Source: Myxococcota bacterium
GTDB lineage: Bacteria; Myxococcota_A; UBA796; UBA2385
Direction: 5' to 3'
Assembly (NCBI GenBank): GCA_044344255.1
Contig: JBIJDH010000007.1
Coordinates: forward strand, 214,082-278,081
DNA: 64,000 nt
In this document: positions 31,598 to 40,725 of the stretch, piece after piece
Layout: every line of letters starts with the position of its first letter
Position numbering within the stretch: position 1 is the stretch's first letter
The notes under the pieces: generated by a model
Databases searched by the model: none
The model's input: only the letters and a program-made list of their open reading frames with translations
What the model was told of the DNA's origin: nothing
Position numbers and translations under genes: made by a program

Positions 31598-32137
31598 TCA
31601 CGGTGGCGGAGCGTATTCAACGGCCCTCGAGACCAGCCCGTCTGCGGCTCGACCGGCCTTCATCGCGCCGGGCTCCTCGGCGAGCTGCAACAGGGACAGG
31701 AGGCCGAGCGCGATGTCCTGCGTGCTGCAGGCTCCCTCGAGGGAGGCGACCCGGCGGTGGAGGCGCCCTCGAATGTCCCCCGACGCGGGGTCGATGGACA
31801 GGGTCTGCCACAAGAACAGGGGGCGCACCTCCACCGCCTCACCGGTCACGCGGACCCGTCGGAAGAGGGCATAGGACAACCCCCCGTCCCCGTCGTAGGC
31901 GGACACCCAGTCCGTGACGCGCTGCTCCCGAAGCGCGGCCCGCTGCCAATAGGCGGTCCCACCTCGGACTTGGACCGTGGTTCCGCTCGCGCTGACCTCA
32001 CAGGCCCCTTGGTGCGGGGCCGGCTCCTCGGGGGCGGGCCGCTCGGCGGCGGCCGCTGGCGACCCGGAGCCCGCCCACAGCAGCAGGCCGGTGAGCCAGG
32101 CGGGGACGGTCATTCGCGGGGATGGTCGTAGCTTCAT
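31598..32137 (-). CDS. hypothetical secreted protein
   Basis: Signal-like N-terminus; downstream of a consensus sigma54 promoter. Confidence 0.6.
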   Translation of the reverse strand: MKLRPSPRMTVPAWLTGLLLWAGSGSPAAAAERPAPEEPAPHQGACEVSASGTTVQVRGGTAYWQRAALREQRVTDWVSAYDGDGGLSYALFRRVRVTGEAVEVRPLFLWQTLSIDPASGDIRGRLHRRVASLEGACSTQDIALGLLSLLQLAEEPGAMKAGRAADGLVSRAVEYAPPP

Positions 32138-32259
32138 GGAGTCCACCTGGATCCGGGGGACGGATCGGGAAGCGGGGGCCAAATGCGGGGCACCGCGGTG
32201 CGGTGAGGCGGGCCAGCGCGCCGCCGGGCGCGCCGACGCCGCGCCCCGCTGGAGGACAC

Positions 32260-32275
32260 TGCAACCCCTGTGCCA
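32260..32275 (-). promoter_or_regulatory. sigma54 (-24/-12) promoter
   Basis: TGGCAC-AGGGG-TTGCA, exact consensus, intergenic and correctly oriented. Confidence 0.75.
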
Positions 32276-32423
32276 GCCGGAGGGGGGGCCGCGGCGCGGC
32301 TGAGGCGGTCCGGGAGGCCTGGTGTTCAACTCTGTTCAGAACGGGGACGCCCGCGGGGCACACCACCTCCCGCCGCCCCCGCGGGGCTGCGAACGCCCTG
32401 CGCTGGCTGGCGGGTCGCGACGT

Positions 32424-33215
32424 TCAAGGTGTCCAAAGCTCGAGCTCTGCATATTCACTCTCTACGGTGCCGATCCCGGGAGAGATCCAGAAGTCGCTGT
32501 TCGAGGTGCCGTCGCTCCGACGGACGCGGAGCACGGGATAGGTGCCAGCCGGGACCGTTCGAGTGTCTGCTTCGACCACGTCGAAATTGATGTTGTAGGC
32601 CGTGCTTCCTGAACCGGAAGAGCCCGTGTAGGAGTAGGTGCCCGTGGCCGTCCAGCGGTCTCCCGGCTCGGGATGCGCGGCCACGAGGAGATAGTCCCCA
32701 TAGCTGATCTCCATCCAGCCTTCGTCCGTGTACCCGCTGGTCGTCTCATAGGCCCACTCGAGAGAATAGGACTCCAACCACAGCCCATCGGCGTCGCAGC
32801 GGTACACCCCTTCGCTCGTGCTGGTGTAGCTGCGGAAGGTCGACCCGGACACCGAAGACTCAGACGACATCACCGACCGGCCGGTCGAGGGATCCCAGGA
32901 CTCTGTCAGGCTCGTATAGGTGCCCCCGTAGCCCAGCTCCGACTCCGCGGACTCCTTGTAGCGGTAGACCCCCAGGGCACCGACCAGGTTCGCGGCGGAG
33001 TACTCGCCGCACGCGGCGGGATCTGCGTCACTGTCGGAGTCGGTGTCGCTGTCGGAGTCGGCGTCCGTATCGGTGTCACTGTCGGAGTCGGTGTCGGCGA
33101 CCGTATCGGCGTCCGTGTCCGGGTCGGCATCCGAGTCTCCCTCGGGGCCTCCCCCTTTGGGGTGAGCGGCGCAGGCGAAGCACAGGGTGATGAGGGCGAG
33201 GTGGATCGGGTGCAT
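32424..33215 (-). CDS. lipoprotein with Asp-x repeat linker
   Basis: Lipobox CFAC, DSDADPDTDAD... linker, TVPAGTY...WISPGIGTV C-terminus. Confidence 0.8.
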   Translation of the reverse strand: MHPIHLALITLCFACAAHPKGGGPEGDSDADPDTDADTVADTDSDSDTDTDADSDSDTDSDSDADPAACGEYSAANLVGALGVYRYKESAESELGYGGTYTSLTESWDPSTGRSVMSSESSVSGSTFRSYTSTSEGVYRCDADGLWLESYSLEWAYETTSGYTDEGWMEISYGDYLLVAAHPEPGDRWTATGTYSYTGSSGSGSTAYNINFDVVEADTRTVPAGTYPVLRVRRSDGTSNSDFWISPGIGTVESEYAELELWTP

Positions 33216-33271
33216 CGGCCAATTGTAGCTCCGGGCCGCGCATCCCGCTCCCGGCGCTGAGGCCGCCGGCC

Positions 33272-34855
33272 TTACTCTGCGGCCGCGAAGCCACCCGCCA
33301 CCCGCCCGCCCCAGAGGCAGGCGGAGACGGAGCCGCTGAAGCCCCAGCCGATCGAGGGCGTGCCCAGGAAGCCCGCGGCCTCGCCGGCCACATAGAGGCC
33401 GGGGATGACCGAACCGTCGCGGTTGAGGGCCCGCATGTGGCTGTCGGTGAGGGCGCCGCCGAAGGCCTTGGCAGCCCCCGGGCGGAGCTCGATGGCGTAG
33501 ATCGGGCCATCCCCGAAGGGGACGAGCAGGTCGGGGTTCTTGCCGAAGTCGTCGTCCAGGCCGAGCTCGACCAGGGCGTCATACCGATCGAAGGTGTCCT
33601 GCATCGCGGCGAGGGGCACATCCCGCCCCTCTGCGAAGGCCTCGATGCTGCCGTACTCGGTGACCACGCCGAGCGAGAGCAGGGTCGCGGCGTCATAGCT
33701 CTCGGCGACGTGGGGATCCGTCCAGTTGTAGCCGGGCACGATGCCCAAGAGGCCGGAGAAGGCGGCCGCCGGGATGAGGGCCCAGGCGTGGTCAAAGCCC
33801 GCGTCGAGCAGGGCGTCCGCATCCTCGAAGGTGCCGTAGTAGCCTTCGTCTCCGAGGCGCTCTCCCTCGGGGTTGACGAAGAGCCCGAAAGCAGTGCCCT
33901 GCATGAGCACCGACTCCCGACCGCCGGCCCGCCGCGGATCCATTGCCGAGTGGATGTACATGCCGTAATTGCCGAGGTTCTGGGTGCTGCCCCCCGCCTC
34001 CTGTACGAGGTTGGCGCCCGAGCCGTTGGACAGGGCGGAGGCCTCGTAGACGAAGGTGAGCTCGCCCAGGGCCGGCCGCGCGGCCACCATCAAGGCGTCA
34101 TTGCGGGCGAAGCCGCCGCTGGCCACCACCACCGCCTCGGCCTCGATCCAGCCCGAGCCGGCGGGACCCTCGACGAGGGCGCCCACCACCCGATCTCCAT
34201 CGAGGACGAGGGAGGTGGCGCGGGTGGCGGTGAGGGCGTCCTCGCCGAGGCCCTCTCCCACCTGGTCGGCGAGGTAGGTGCCAGGCTCGTAGAAGACGCC
34301 GTGAATGCGGGACCGGGAGCCATTCGCGGGATCCGGGCTGACGAAAGAGTTGATGATGGCGCCGTGGGCCTCGATCCACTCGATGGTCTCGGCGGAGCCG
34401 TCGAGGAAGGCCCGCACGTTCTCGTCCTCACCCTCTCCGCCGGTGAACGAGGACCACTCCGCCGCCGCGATCTCCGGGCTGTCCTCCACCCGGCTCTCCG
34501 CCTGCCAGCGGCTGCCCACCGCGAAGTGCTGGCCCGCGGAGCCGCCGTTGCCGCCGAGCTTGTCGGCGAGCTCCACCACGATGACATCGGCGCCGGACTC
34601 CATCGCCTCGAGGGCGGCCGCGCTGCCCGCCGCACCCGAGCCGATGATGAGGACCCCCGTGCTCCGAATCGGCTCGGCCGCCTCACCCACGAGCTCCACC
34701 AGCGCGACGCTCGAGGGGCCGCCGGCGGCGCCTGTCGTGCCGGTCGCCGGACGAGCCGCCGCCTCGGAGCGCAGGGTCGGGGCGGGGTGGGGCTGAGCAC
34801 AACCGATCCCCAGGAGGGGGAAGAGGAGGGCAGAGGTGGTGAAGAGCCTGGGCAT
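33272..34855 (-). CDS. FAD-dependent oxidoreductase lipoprotein (flavocytochrome c / fumarate reductase flavoprotein family)
   Basis: IIGSGAAG, VVVASGGF, IPGLYVAGE; lipobox GIGC. Confidence 0.85.
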   Translation of the reverse strand: MPRLFTTSALLFPLLGIGCAQPHPAPTLRSEAAARPATGTTGAAGGPSSVALVELVGEAAEPIRSTGVLIIGSGAAGSAAALEAMESGADVIVVELADKLGGNGGSAGQHFAVGSRWQAESRVEDSPEIAAAEWSSFTGGEGEDENVRAFLDGSAETIEWIEAHGAIINSFVSPDPANGSRSRIHGVFYEPGTYLADQVGEGLGEDALTATRATSLVLDGDRVVGALVEGPAGSGWIEAEAVVVASGGFARNDALMVAARPALGELTFVYEASALSNGSGANLVQEAGGSTQNLGNYGMYIHSAMDPRRAGGRESVLMQGTAFGLFVNPEGERLGDEGYYGTFEDADALLDAGFDHAWALIPAAAFSGLLGIVPGYNWTDPHVAESYDAATLLSLGVVTEYGSIEAFAEGRDVPLAAMQDTFDRYDALVELGLDDDFGKNPDLLVPFGDGPIYAIELRPGAAKAFGGALTDSHMRALNRDGSVIPGLYVAGEAAGFLGTPSIGWGFSGSVSACLWGGRVAGGFAAAE

Positions 34856-35091
34856 GGAGCGTCCTGACAAGTTCAAGACAAGTCTCCCACGCTGTCAGGT
34901 GCTCGTCAAGCCAGGCTGGCTGAAATGTCAAGGAATCTCGTTCTCTGTCAAATCGACATTCTTGGAGATCGACAATATCGGCTATGTAGAGCGATAGTTC
35001 GCAACTTGACAATATTCGTCACTTCGCCTCCGCCGGGCACACCGCCGGCCGGACCCTGGGCGGCCCCCTCTGGCCCTCGATCCCGGTGCCG

Positions 35092-35280
35092 ATGGCCCCG
35101 AAGGGCGATGGCATGGCCCCGAAGGGCGATGGCATGGCCCCGAAGGGCAATGGCATGGCCCCGAAGGGCGATGGCATGGCCCCGAAGGGCGATGGCATGG
35201 CCCCGAAGGGCGATGGCATGGCCCCGAAGGGCGATGGCATGGCCCCGAAGGGCGATGGCATGGCCCCGAAGGGCGAAACG
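35092..35280. repeat. tandem array of nine 21-bp units, each with a GCCC-TTCG-GGGC hairpin on the minus strand
   Basis: ATGGCCCCGAAGGGCGATGGC x8 (unit 3 has one substitution) plus ATGGCCCCGAAGGGCGAAACG. Confidence 0.95.
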
Positions 35281-35816
35281 GCGGCGGCCTACTGCGCGCG
35301 GGGGGCGGCGGCGGCCTGCTCGAGCCACTCGATGATGTCGGCCGACTCGAAGAGGGGCTCGCCGTGGATGAAGAGGCAGGGCACCTGGGTGCGGCCGGTC
35401 TGGCGGTAGAGCTCGCCGGAGGCCGCGGGGTCGGTGCGGGTGTCGCGGGTGGGCACGATGATGCCGAGCTCGGCGATGCGGCGCTGCACCCGCCGACAGT
35501 AGGGGCAGGCGTCGTACTTGTAGAGCAGCAGCTCGGACTGGAGCGAGGGCCCCGCAGAGGGGGCGGCGGGCGTGGTCACGGGGGCGGCCTCGCGGCGTGG
35601 CGGCGTGGCGGTAGGGGCCGCGCTCGGGGGGACGGAGGGGCGACCGGCAGGGGCCGGCTCGCCTGTCAGGAGGCGGCGGAGTCGGGACAGCATGGGCTAC
35701 TCCTCCCCCGATCCGTCGTCGTCGTCGAGCGCTCCCCCTTCGTCGTCTGCCCCTTCGTCGTCGCCCTCTCCCTCGCCCTCGTCGTCTCCCTCGTCGAGCG
35801 TGCCTTCCAGGCGGGC
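35260..35816. repeat. direct repeat copy A, ~555 bp (partner 36911-37467)
   Basis: Near-identical sequence at offset 1651; about 8 substitutions seen by eye. Confidence 0.95.
35289..35693 (-). CDS. glutaredoxin-like protein, copy A
   Basis: CPYC, TQVPCLF, LFESADII. Confidence 0.9.
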   Translation of the reverse strand: MLSRLRRLLTGEPAPAGRPSVPPSAAPTATPPRREAAPVTTPAAPSAGPSLQSELLLYKYDACPYCRRVQRRIAELGIIVPTRDTRTDPAASGELYRQTGRTQVPCLFIHGEPLFESADIIEWLEQAAAAPRAQ

Positions 35817-35823
35817 GTGGAGC
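35697..35823 (-). pseudogene. duplicated 3' tail of the RluA gene with an internal deletion
   Basis: LHARL is joined directly to EGTLDEG..., whereas the full gene has a further segment ending AARL between them. Confidence 0.8.
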
Positions 35824-36065
35824 GCATGACTCTCCCGGACGGTTGGCTCGAGGGGGATGCCTGCATCGGGCACCATGTGTTGACGCGGGTGCTGGTCGGC
35901 GCGGCAGGCGGGTAGCGCCTCCGGGGCCCGAGCGCCTTCAGGGGCTCCAGCTCGAGGCGGGACCCCCAAAGGCGCCCATGTCATTCCGGCCGCCGGAAGC
36001 ATCCGTTTTGCCGCGCTGGTCCACCTCGCGATGCCCTGATCCTTTCGCGGTGCTATCTTCCGGCC

Positions 36066-36817
36066 ATGCACCTCCGCCTCTCCGAGCCCCTGGGCATCGA
36101 CCCCCGCGTAGACATCGTCATTCACAAGCTCTTCGGCTCGAGATGCAGCGCCGGAACGATACGGCCCTCCCTCAACGAATGTTGTGGAGCTGGTCGAGGG
36201 TGTATGGGACGGAGCTCGACAAGAGCGAGGACCACGCGGAGCTCAAGCCCGTGATCGCGGTCTGGATCTGCGAGACCGACCTCTTCCCGAGCTCCAAGCA
36301 GTCCCACCTGCGCTTCCAGATGCGGGAGGAGAGGGAGGGTTTCCTGCTGCATGGCGACGCGCAGATCGACGTGCTGCAGCTCCGCCGTTGGTGGAGCGCC
36401 CGCAAGGACATCCTCGCATCCTCCGTGGGCGCGTGGTTCTGGTTTTTCAACGAAGCGAAGGATTGGACAGAGGTTCCCGCCGAGATCGACAGCCCCACAA
36501 TGGAGCAGGCCATGGAGATCCTCCACGACTTCCGAAAAGACACCTTCCTCAATGATCTCTATCGTAAGCGTGAGGAGGCTCAACGCATCGAGCGCGGTGC
36601 GCAGAAGGCTTTGGAGAGGGCCGAGCGCGGTGAGGCGGAGGAGCGAAGGCAGAAGGAGGCCGCGCTGCTGGCGAAGGAGGCCGAGCGCGAGGCGAAGGAG
36701 GCCGCGCTGCTGGCGAAAGAGGCCGCCCTGGTGGCAAAGGAGGCCGCCCTCGCCGAGGCCGAGCGCCTGCGGTCCCTGCTCCTCGCGGCCGGGATCCGCC
36801 TGCCGGATGCCGACTGA
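36066..36817 (+). pseudogene. Rpn-family PD-(D/E)XK nuclease with internal deletion and frameshift
   Basis: MHLRLSEPLGIDPRVDIVIHKLFG changes frame at ~36136 into LEMQRR...QRMLWSWSRVY...LKPVIAVWI; repetitive KEAALLA C-terminus. Confidence 0.85.
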
Positions 36818-36889
36818 CTGACCACGCGGCGCACCTTTTCAGTGGCGCCCCGCCAGAGAATGGCGCGGCATTGGAAATACAACAGTTCA

Positions 36890-36931
36890 ATGGCCCCGAA
36901 GGGCGAAACGATGGCCCCGAAGGGCGAAACG
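36890..36931. repeat. two copies of the 21-bp hairpin unit
   Basis: ATGGCCCCGAAGGGCGAAACG x2. Confidence 0.9.
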
Positions 36932-36939
36932 GCGGCGGC

Positions 36940-37344
36940 CTACTGCGCGCGGGGGGCGGCGGCGGCCTGCTCGAGCCACTCGATGATGTCGGCCGACTCG
37001 AAGAGGGGCTCGCCGTCGATGAAGAGGCAGGGCACCTGGGTGCGGCCGGTCTGGCGGTAGAGCTCGCCGGAGGCCGCGGGGTCGGTGCGGGTGTCGCGGG
37101 TGGGCACGGTGATGCCGAGCTCGGCGATGCGGCGCTGGACCCGCCGACAATAGGGGCAGGCGTCGTACTTGTAGAGCAGCAGCTCGGACTGGAGCGAGGG
37201 CCCCGCAGAGGGGGCGGCGGGCGTGGTCACGGGGGCGGCCTCGCGGCGTGGCGGCGTGGCGGTAGGGGCCGCGCTCGGGGGGACGGAGGGGCGACCGGCG
37301 GGGGCCGGCTCGCCTTTCAGGAGGCGGCGGAGTCGGGACAGCAT
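36940..37344 (-). CDS. glutaredoxin-like protein, copy B
   Basis: CPYC; 3 aa differences from copy A. Confidence 0.92.
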   Translation of the reverse strand: MLSRLRRLLKGEPAPAGRPSVPPSAAPTATPPRREAAPVTTPAAPSAGPSLQSELLLYKYDACPYCRRVQRRIAELGITVPTRDTRTDPAASGELYRQTGRTQVPCLFIDGEPLFESADIIEWLEQAAAAPRAQ

Positions 37345-37347
37345 GGG

Positions 37348-38154
37348 CTACTCCTCCCCCGATCCGTCGTCGTCGTCGAGCGCTCCCCCGTCGTCGTCTG
37401 CCCCTTCGTCGTCGCCCTCTCCCTCGCCCTCGTCGTCTCCCTCGTCGAGCGTGCCTTCGAGGCGGGCCGCGCCCTCTCGGAGGGCGACGAGGTTGCGGAT
37501 GAGCTCGGGCGGGAGCGGGTCCTCGAAGATGGGGCCGCCGTCGGGGAAGCTCAGGAGGCGGGCGTGGAGCCAGAGCCGCCCGGGGTAGGCTGGGATGGGG
37601 CGGAAGCGCCGCGGGTGGTAGCGCTCGTCTCCGACCACGGCGTGGCCGATGCTCTGGAGGTGGCGGCGGAGCTGGTGCTTGCGGCCCGTCTCGGGCCGGA
37701 TGGCGACGAGGGTGAAGGCGCCGATCCACTCGAGGCTGCGGTAGCGGCTGAGCGCGGGGAGGGGGCGGCCGCGGCGGGCGTCGGCCAGGGGGCGGTTGAT
37801 GACGCCCTTCTTGCGGGCGCGCCCGTGCACGAGGCAGAGGTAGGTCTTCTCGACGCTGCCCTCGGCGAAGCGCTTGCCGTACTCGCCGCGCACGGCGGGG
37901 TCCGCGGCGAAGAGCACGAGGCCCGAGGCGTCGGCGTCGATGCGGTTGATCGGCGCGAGGCCGCGGGGGAGGCCCGGCTGGCGGCGGATCCAGGTGAGGA
38001 GGTCTTCCGGGCCGCCGGGGTTGCCCGGGTGCACGGGCATGCCGGAGGGCTTGTGGAAGGCGTAGAGCCCGAGGGCCTCGCGGTGCTCGAGCAGGCGGGG
38101 CGCGTCCACGAGCAAGGGCTCGGGCTCGGTCGGATCGGGGACGGTGTCGGCCAT
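37348..38154 (-). CDS. RluA-family pseudouridine synthase
   Basis: KPSGMPVHP, NRIDADASG, TGRKHQLRRHL, GHAVVGDERY, LHA; acidic tail. Confidence 0.92.
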   Translation of the reverse strand: MADTVPDPTEPEPLLVDAPRLLEHREALGLYAFHKPSGMPVHPGNPGGPEDLLTWIRRQPGLPRGLAPINRIDADASGLVLFAADPAVRGEYGKRFAEGSVEKTYLCLVHGRARKKGVINRPLADARRGRPLPALSRYRSLEWIGAFTLVAIRPETGRKHQLRRHLQSIGHAVVGDERYHPRRFRPIPAYPGRLWLHARLLSFPDGGPIFEDPLPPELIRNLVALREGAARLEGTLDEGDDEGEGEGDDEGADDDGGALDDDDGSGEE

Positions 38155-38212
38155 CGGTCGGCCTTACCCGGTTGTGCGGCCGGCGTCCGCCGCCCCGCGA
38201 TAGCGAGGGCCG

Positions 38213-39667
38213 ATGTCTCAACACCGCCCGCTCTTCGCGGTCTGGGCCCTCGGCCTCCTGGTCCACGGCCTCTGGGCGCTCACGGTCCGGGAGCCGGTCG
38301 ACTGGGACCCCGCCTACTACGAGGCCGTGGCGCGCAACATCGCCCAGGGCCGCGGGGCGGTGACCGACGCGGTGTGGATGCTCAGCGCCCTGCCCGACGC
38401 CCTGCCCGCCGTGGCCGACACCCACTGGATGCCGCTGCCCTCGCGGGTGCTCGTGCCCTTCCTGTTGCTCTGGCCGGGCGGCGGCGCGCAGCTCGGCACG
38501 GTGCTCCTGGCCGCGCTCTGGGCCCCCCTGGCCCTGGCCCTCGCCCGGGCCCTCGGGGCGGAGCCGCGGGTGGCGCTCGGCGCGGGGCTGCTCTGCGCCC
38601 TTGGCGGGGGCTACAGCCGCTTCCTCTCCACGCCCGACTCCATCGCGCTCTACGGGCTCCTCGGGGCCGGGGGGCTCCTCGCCGTGCAGCGCGGCCGCCC
38701 CGGGGCCGCGGCGGCGGTCGCCGCGCTGGCCGCCCTGTGCCGCGGCGACGGCTTCCTGCTCGGCCCCTGCCTCGCCCTCGGCCTCTCCGGCCCTGCGGCG
38801 CTCGGCGTGGCCGTGGCCGGGCCCCTCGCCGCCGCCGCCTGGCTGCTGCGGAGCCTCGCCCTCGCGGGCCCCCTCGTCTGGTCGGCCCGCGCCGCCGCCG
38901 CCGCCGCCCCCACCCTCGAGGCCCTCGTCCTCGGCGACCCGCGGGTGGCGAGCCTCGGGGAGCGGGGCCTCGCCTGGCTGCACGAGCTCCCCGAGCTGCT
39001 CGTCCTGGTGGGCGTCGTGGGCGTCTTCCTCCTCCCCTGGCCGGCGCTCGCGGCCGCCTGGGCGGCGCGCCGGGAGCCCGCGGTGCGCGCGGCCGTCGCC
39101 TACGCCCTGCTGATGCCGACGGTGACGATGCTCTCGGCCCCTGGGGTCGCCGGATCGGGCACGGCCTTCCGCTCGGGCGCGGCGCTCTTCCCGCTCTTCA
39201 CGGCGCTCGCCGCCCTCGGCCTCGCCGCGGCCGGCCGCTTCACCGCCGCTCGGCGGGGCTACCCGGCGTGGTTTGTCCCCGCGCTCACGGGCCTCGGCTT
39301 CGCCGTGGGCTCGGTCGGCCTCGGCCTCTCCCTCCGCGCGGCCCGCCCGGCCCCAGAGCTTGACTGCGGGGCCCTCGACGGGCTGCCGGCCGGGGCGGTG
39401 GTCTTCGCCGCCGAGCCCCTCCACGTGGCCGACCTCTGTGGGCGCCCTGCGGTCATCCTCCCCCACGATCTCGACCCCGCGCAGGTCCCCGCCCTGGTCG
39501 CCCGCTTCCGGATCGCGGGCGCCCTGCTGGCCCCGGCACGCGGGATGAGCACGCTCGGCGCCACGGTCGAAGACGCGCCCCGCCTGCTCCCGGGCTGGCG
39601 GGCCGCGGGGCCGCAGCTCTATCTGCCGCCGGGCGCCCTGCCCGGGCCCGGTCAGCCGGCGCTGTAG
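38213..39667 (+). CDS. polytopic membrane protein, GT-C/ArnT-like glycosyltransferase
   Basis: DWDPAYYEAVARNIAQGRG first loop, many TM helices, LCRGDG. Confidence 0.65.
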   Translation: MSQHRPLFAVWALGLLVHGLWALTVREPVDWDPAYYEAVARNIAQGRGAVTDAVWMLSALPDALPAVADTHWMPLPSRVLVPFLLLWPGGGAQLGTVLLAALWAPLALALARALGAEPRVALGAGLLCALGGGYSRFLSTPDSIALYGLLGAGGLLAVQRGRPGAAAAVAALAALCRGDGFLLGPCLALGLSGPAALGVAVAGPLAAAAWLLRSLALAGPLVWSARAAAAAAPTLEALVLGDPRVASLGERGLAWLHELPELLVLVGVVGVFLLPWPALAAAWAARREPAVRAAVAYALLMPTVTMLSAPGVAGSGTAFRSGAALFPLFTALAALGLAAAGRFTAARRGYPAWFVPALTGLGFAVGSVGLGLSLRAARPAPELDCGALDGLPAGAVVFAAEPLHVADLCGRPAVILPHDLDPAQVPALVARFRIAGALLAPARGMSTLGATVEDAPRLLPGWRAAGPQLYLPPGALPGPGQPAL

Positions 39668-40347
39668 GCCATCTGCACCGCCTGGCTCGCCGCCGAGAGC
39701 GCGGGCAGCGCCGCCCAGCCGACGAGGCCGGTGCTGGTGCGGATGAGGTAATGCTCGGGCTTGTCCTGGCTCTCGAGCAGGATGGTGATCTTGCTGCCCG
39801 CCTTCGTATTGGCGACCACCGGGCCGCCGGTGGGCTCGAGGGACAGGGTGAGGCTCTTCTCGGTCACCACCTCGAGGTTGACGTAGCGGAAGGGCTGCCG
39901 GACCAGCGTGAGCCCGGTGCGGCCGGCGTCGAGGCTGTACTTGTCGAGGTGCTCGCCGAGGCGCCCGGGGTTCTTCACGAGCACGAAGCCGTTGCCCGGT
40001 GCCTCGATCTGGACGGCGTCGAGGGTCTTCCAGGCCTGGCCCAGGACGGGGATCTGCCGGATGGCGCCCTTCTCATAGGCGTAGAGGTCACAGGCGCGGT
40101 CGGCCCGGGGGGCCTCGCCGCAGAGGATGAGCTCCTTCGGACCGTCGCTCGGGTTGACGTCTGCCAGCGAGACGCTGCAGGTGAAGCCATCGTAGCCGCA
40201 CTCGAAGGAGGCGGCCCCGACCTTGATCTTCCCGGGCTCTGCGCGCGCGACCTCTGCCTTGCCGTCCCCGTCGAGGTCCGCGCTCAAGGGTGGGGCGGCC
40301 GCCGCGGGCCGGGGCGCGAGGGAGAGAACGAGCAGGAGCGCGGACAT
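39652..40347 (-). CDS. hypothetical secreted protein
   Basis: Signal peptide, DLDGDG motif, SH3-like end YLIRTSTGLVGW; GAGG RBS. Confidence 0.7.
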   Translation of the reverse strand: MSALLLVLSLAPRPAAAAPPLSADLDGDGKAEVARAEPGKIKVGAASFECGYDGFTCSVSLADVNPSDGPKELILCGEAPRADRACDLYAYEKGAIRQIPVLGQAWKTLDAVQIEAPGNGFVLVKNPGRLGEHLDKYSLDAGRTGLTLVRQPFRYVNLEVVTEKSLTLSLEPTGGPVVANTKAGSKITILLESQDKPEHYLIRTSTGLVGWAALPALSAASQAVQMAYSAG

Positions 40348-40725
40348 GGGACCTCGGGGCGGAGCGGAGGGGGGCGGGCTGCGGGGCCCTCCCGGTCGAA
40401 GGTAGCGCGCGCACCGGGCCTTGTCCGCGGCGCGGGGCGGAGCTGTGGCTCTTCGTCCGTCGAGATGAACGGTCGAGCGCTCGGCGCGCCTCACCCGCCT
40501 CTTCACCCCCGCCCGCCTCTACGAGTCAGGCTCCTCTTCGATCCCTCGCTGGCCGCGCCGAAGGAGCTGCAGGAAGGAGGCGCAGCCGACGAGGGAAGCG
40601 GAGGCGCGCGGGCGCTCCGCTGACCGGCCCGCGGGGCTCCAAGGGCTGGGGTTCAGTCGAAGCTCGCCGGACGAAGGGCGAGATCACCCACCGCTGCACG
40701 CTCCCATTGCCGCACGGCCGCTTCA

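Noticed and set aside
35092..35280. CRISPR array
   Set aside because: The units are contiguous with no unique spacers, and there are no cas genes in the window.
34925..35409. Repetitive ORFs (MAPKGDG, RAMAWPR, ALRGHAI)
   Set aside because: By-products of a stop-free 21-bp repeat, with no RBS or unique domain.
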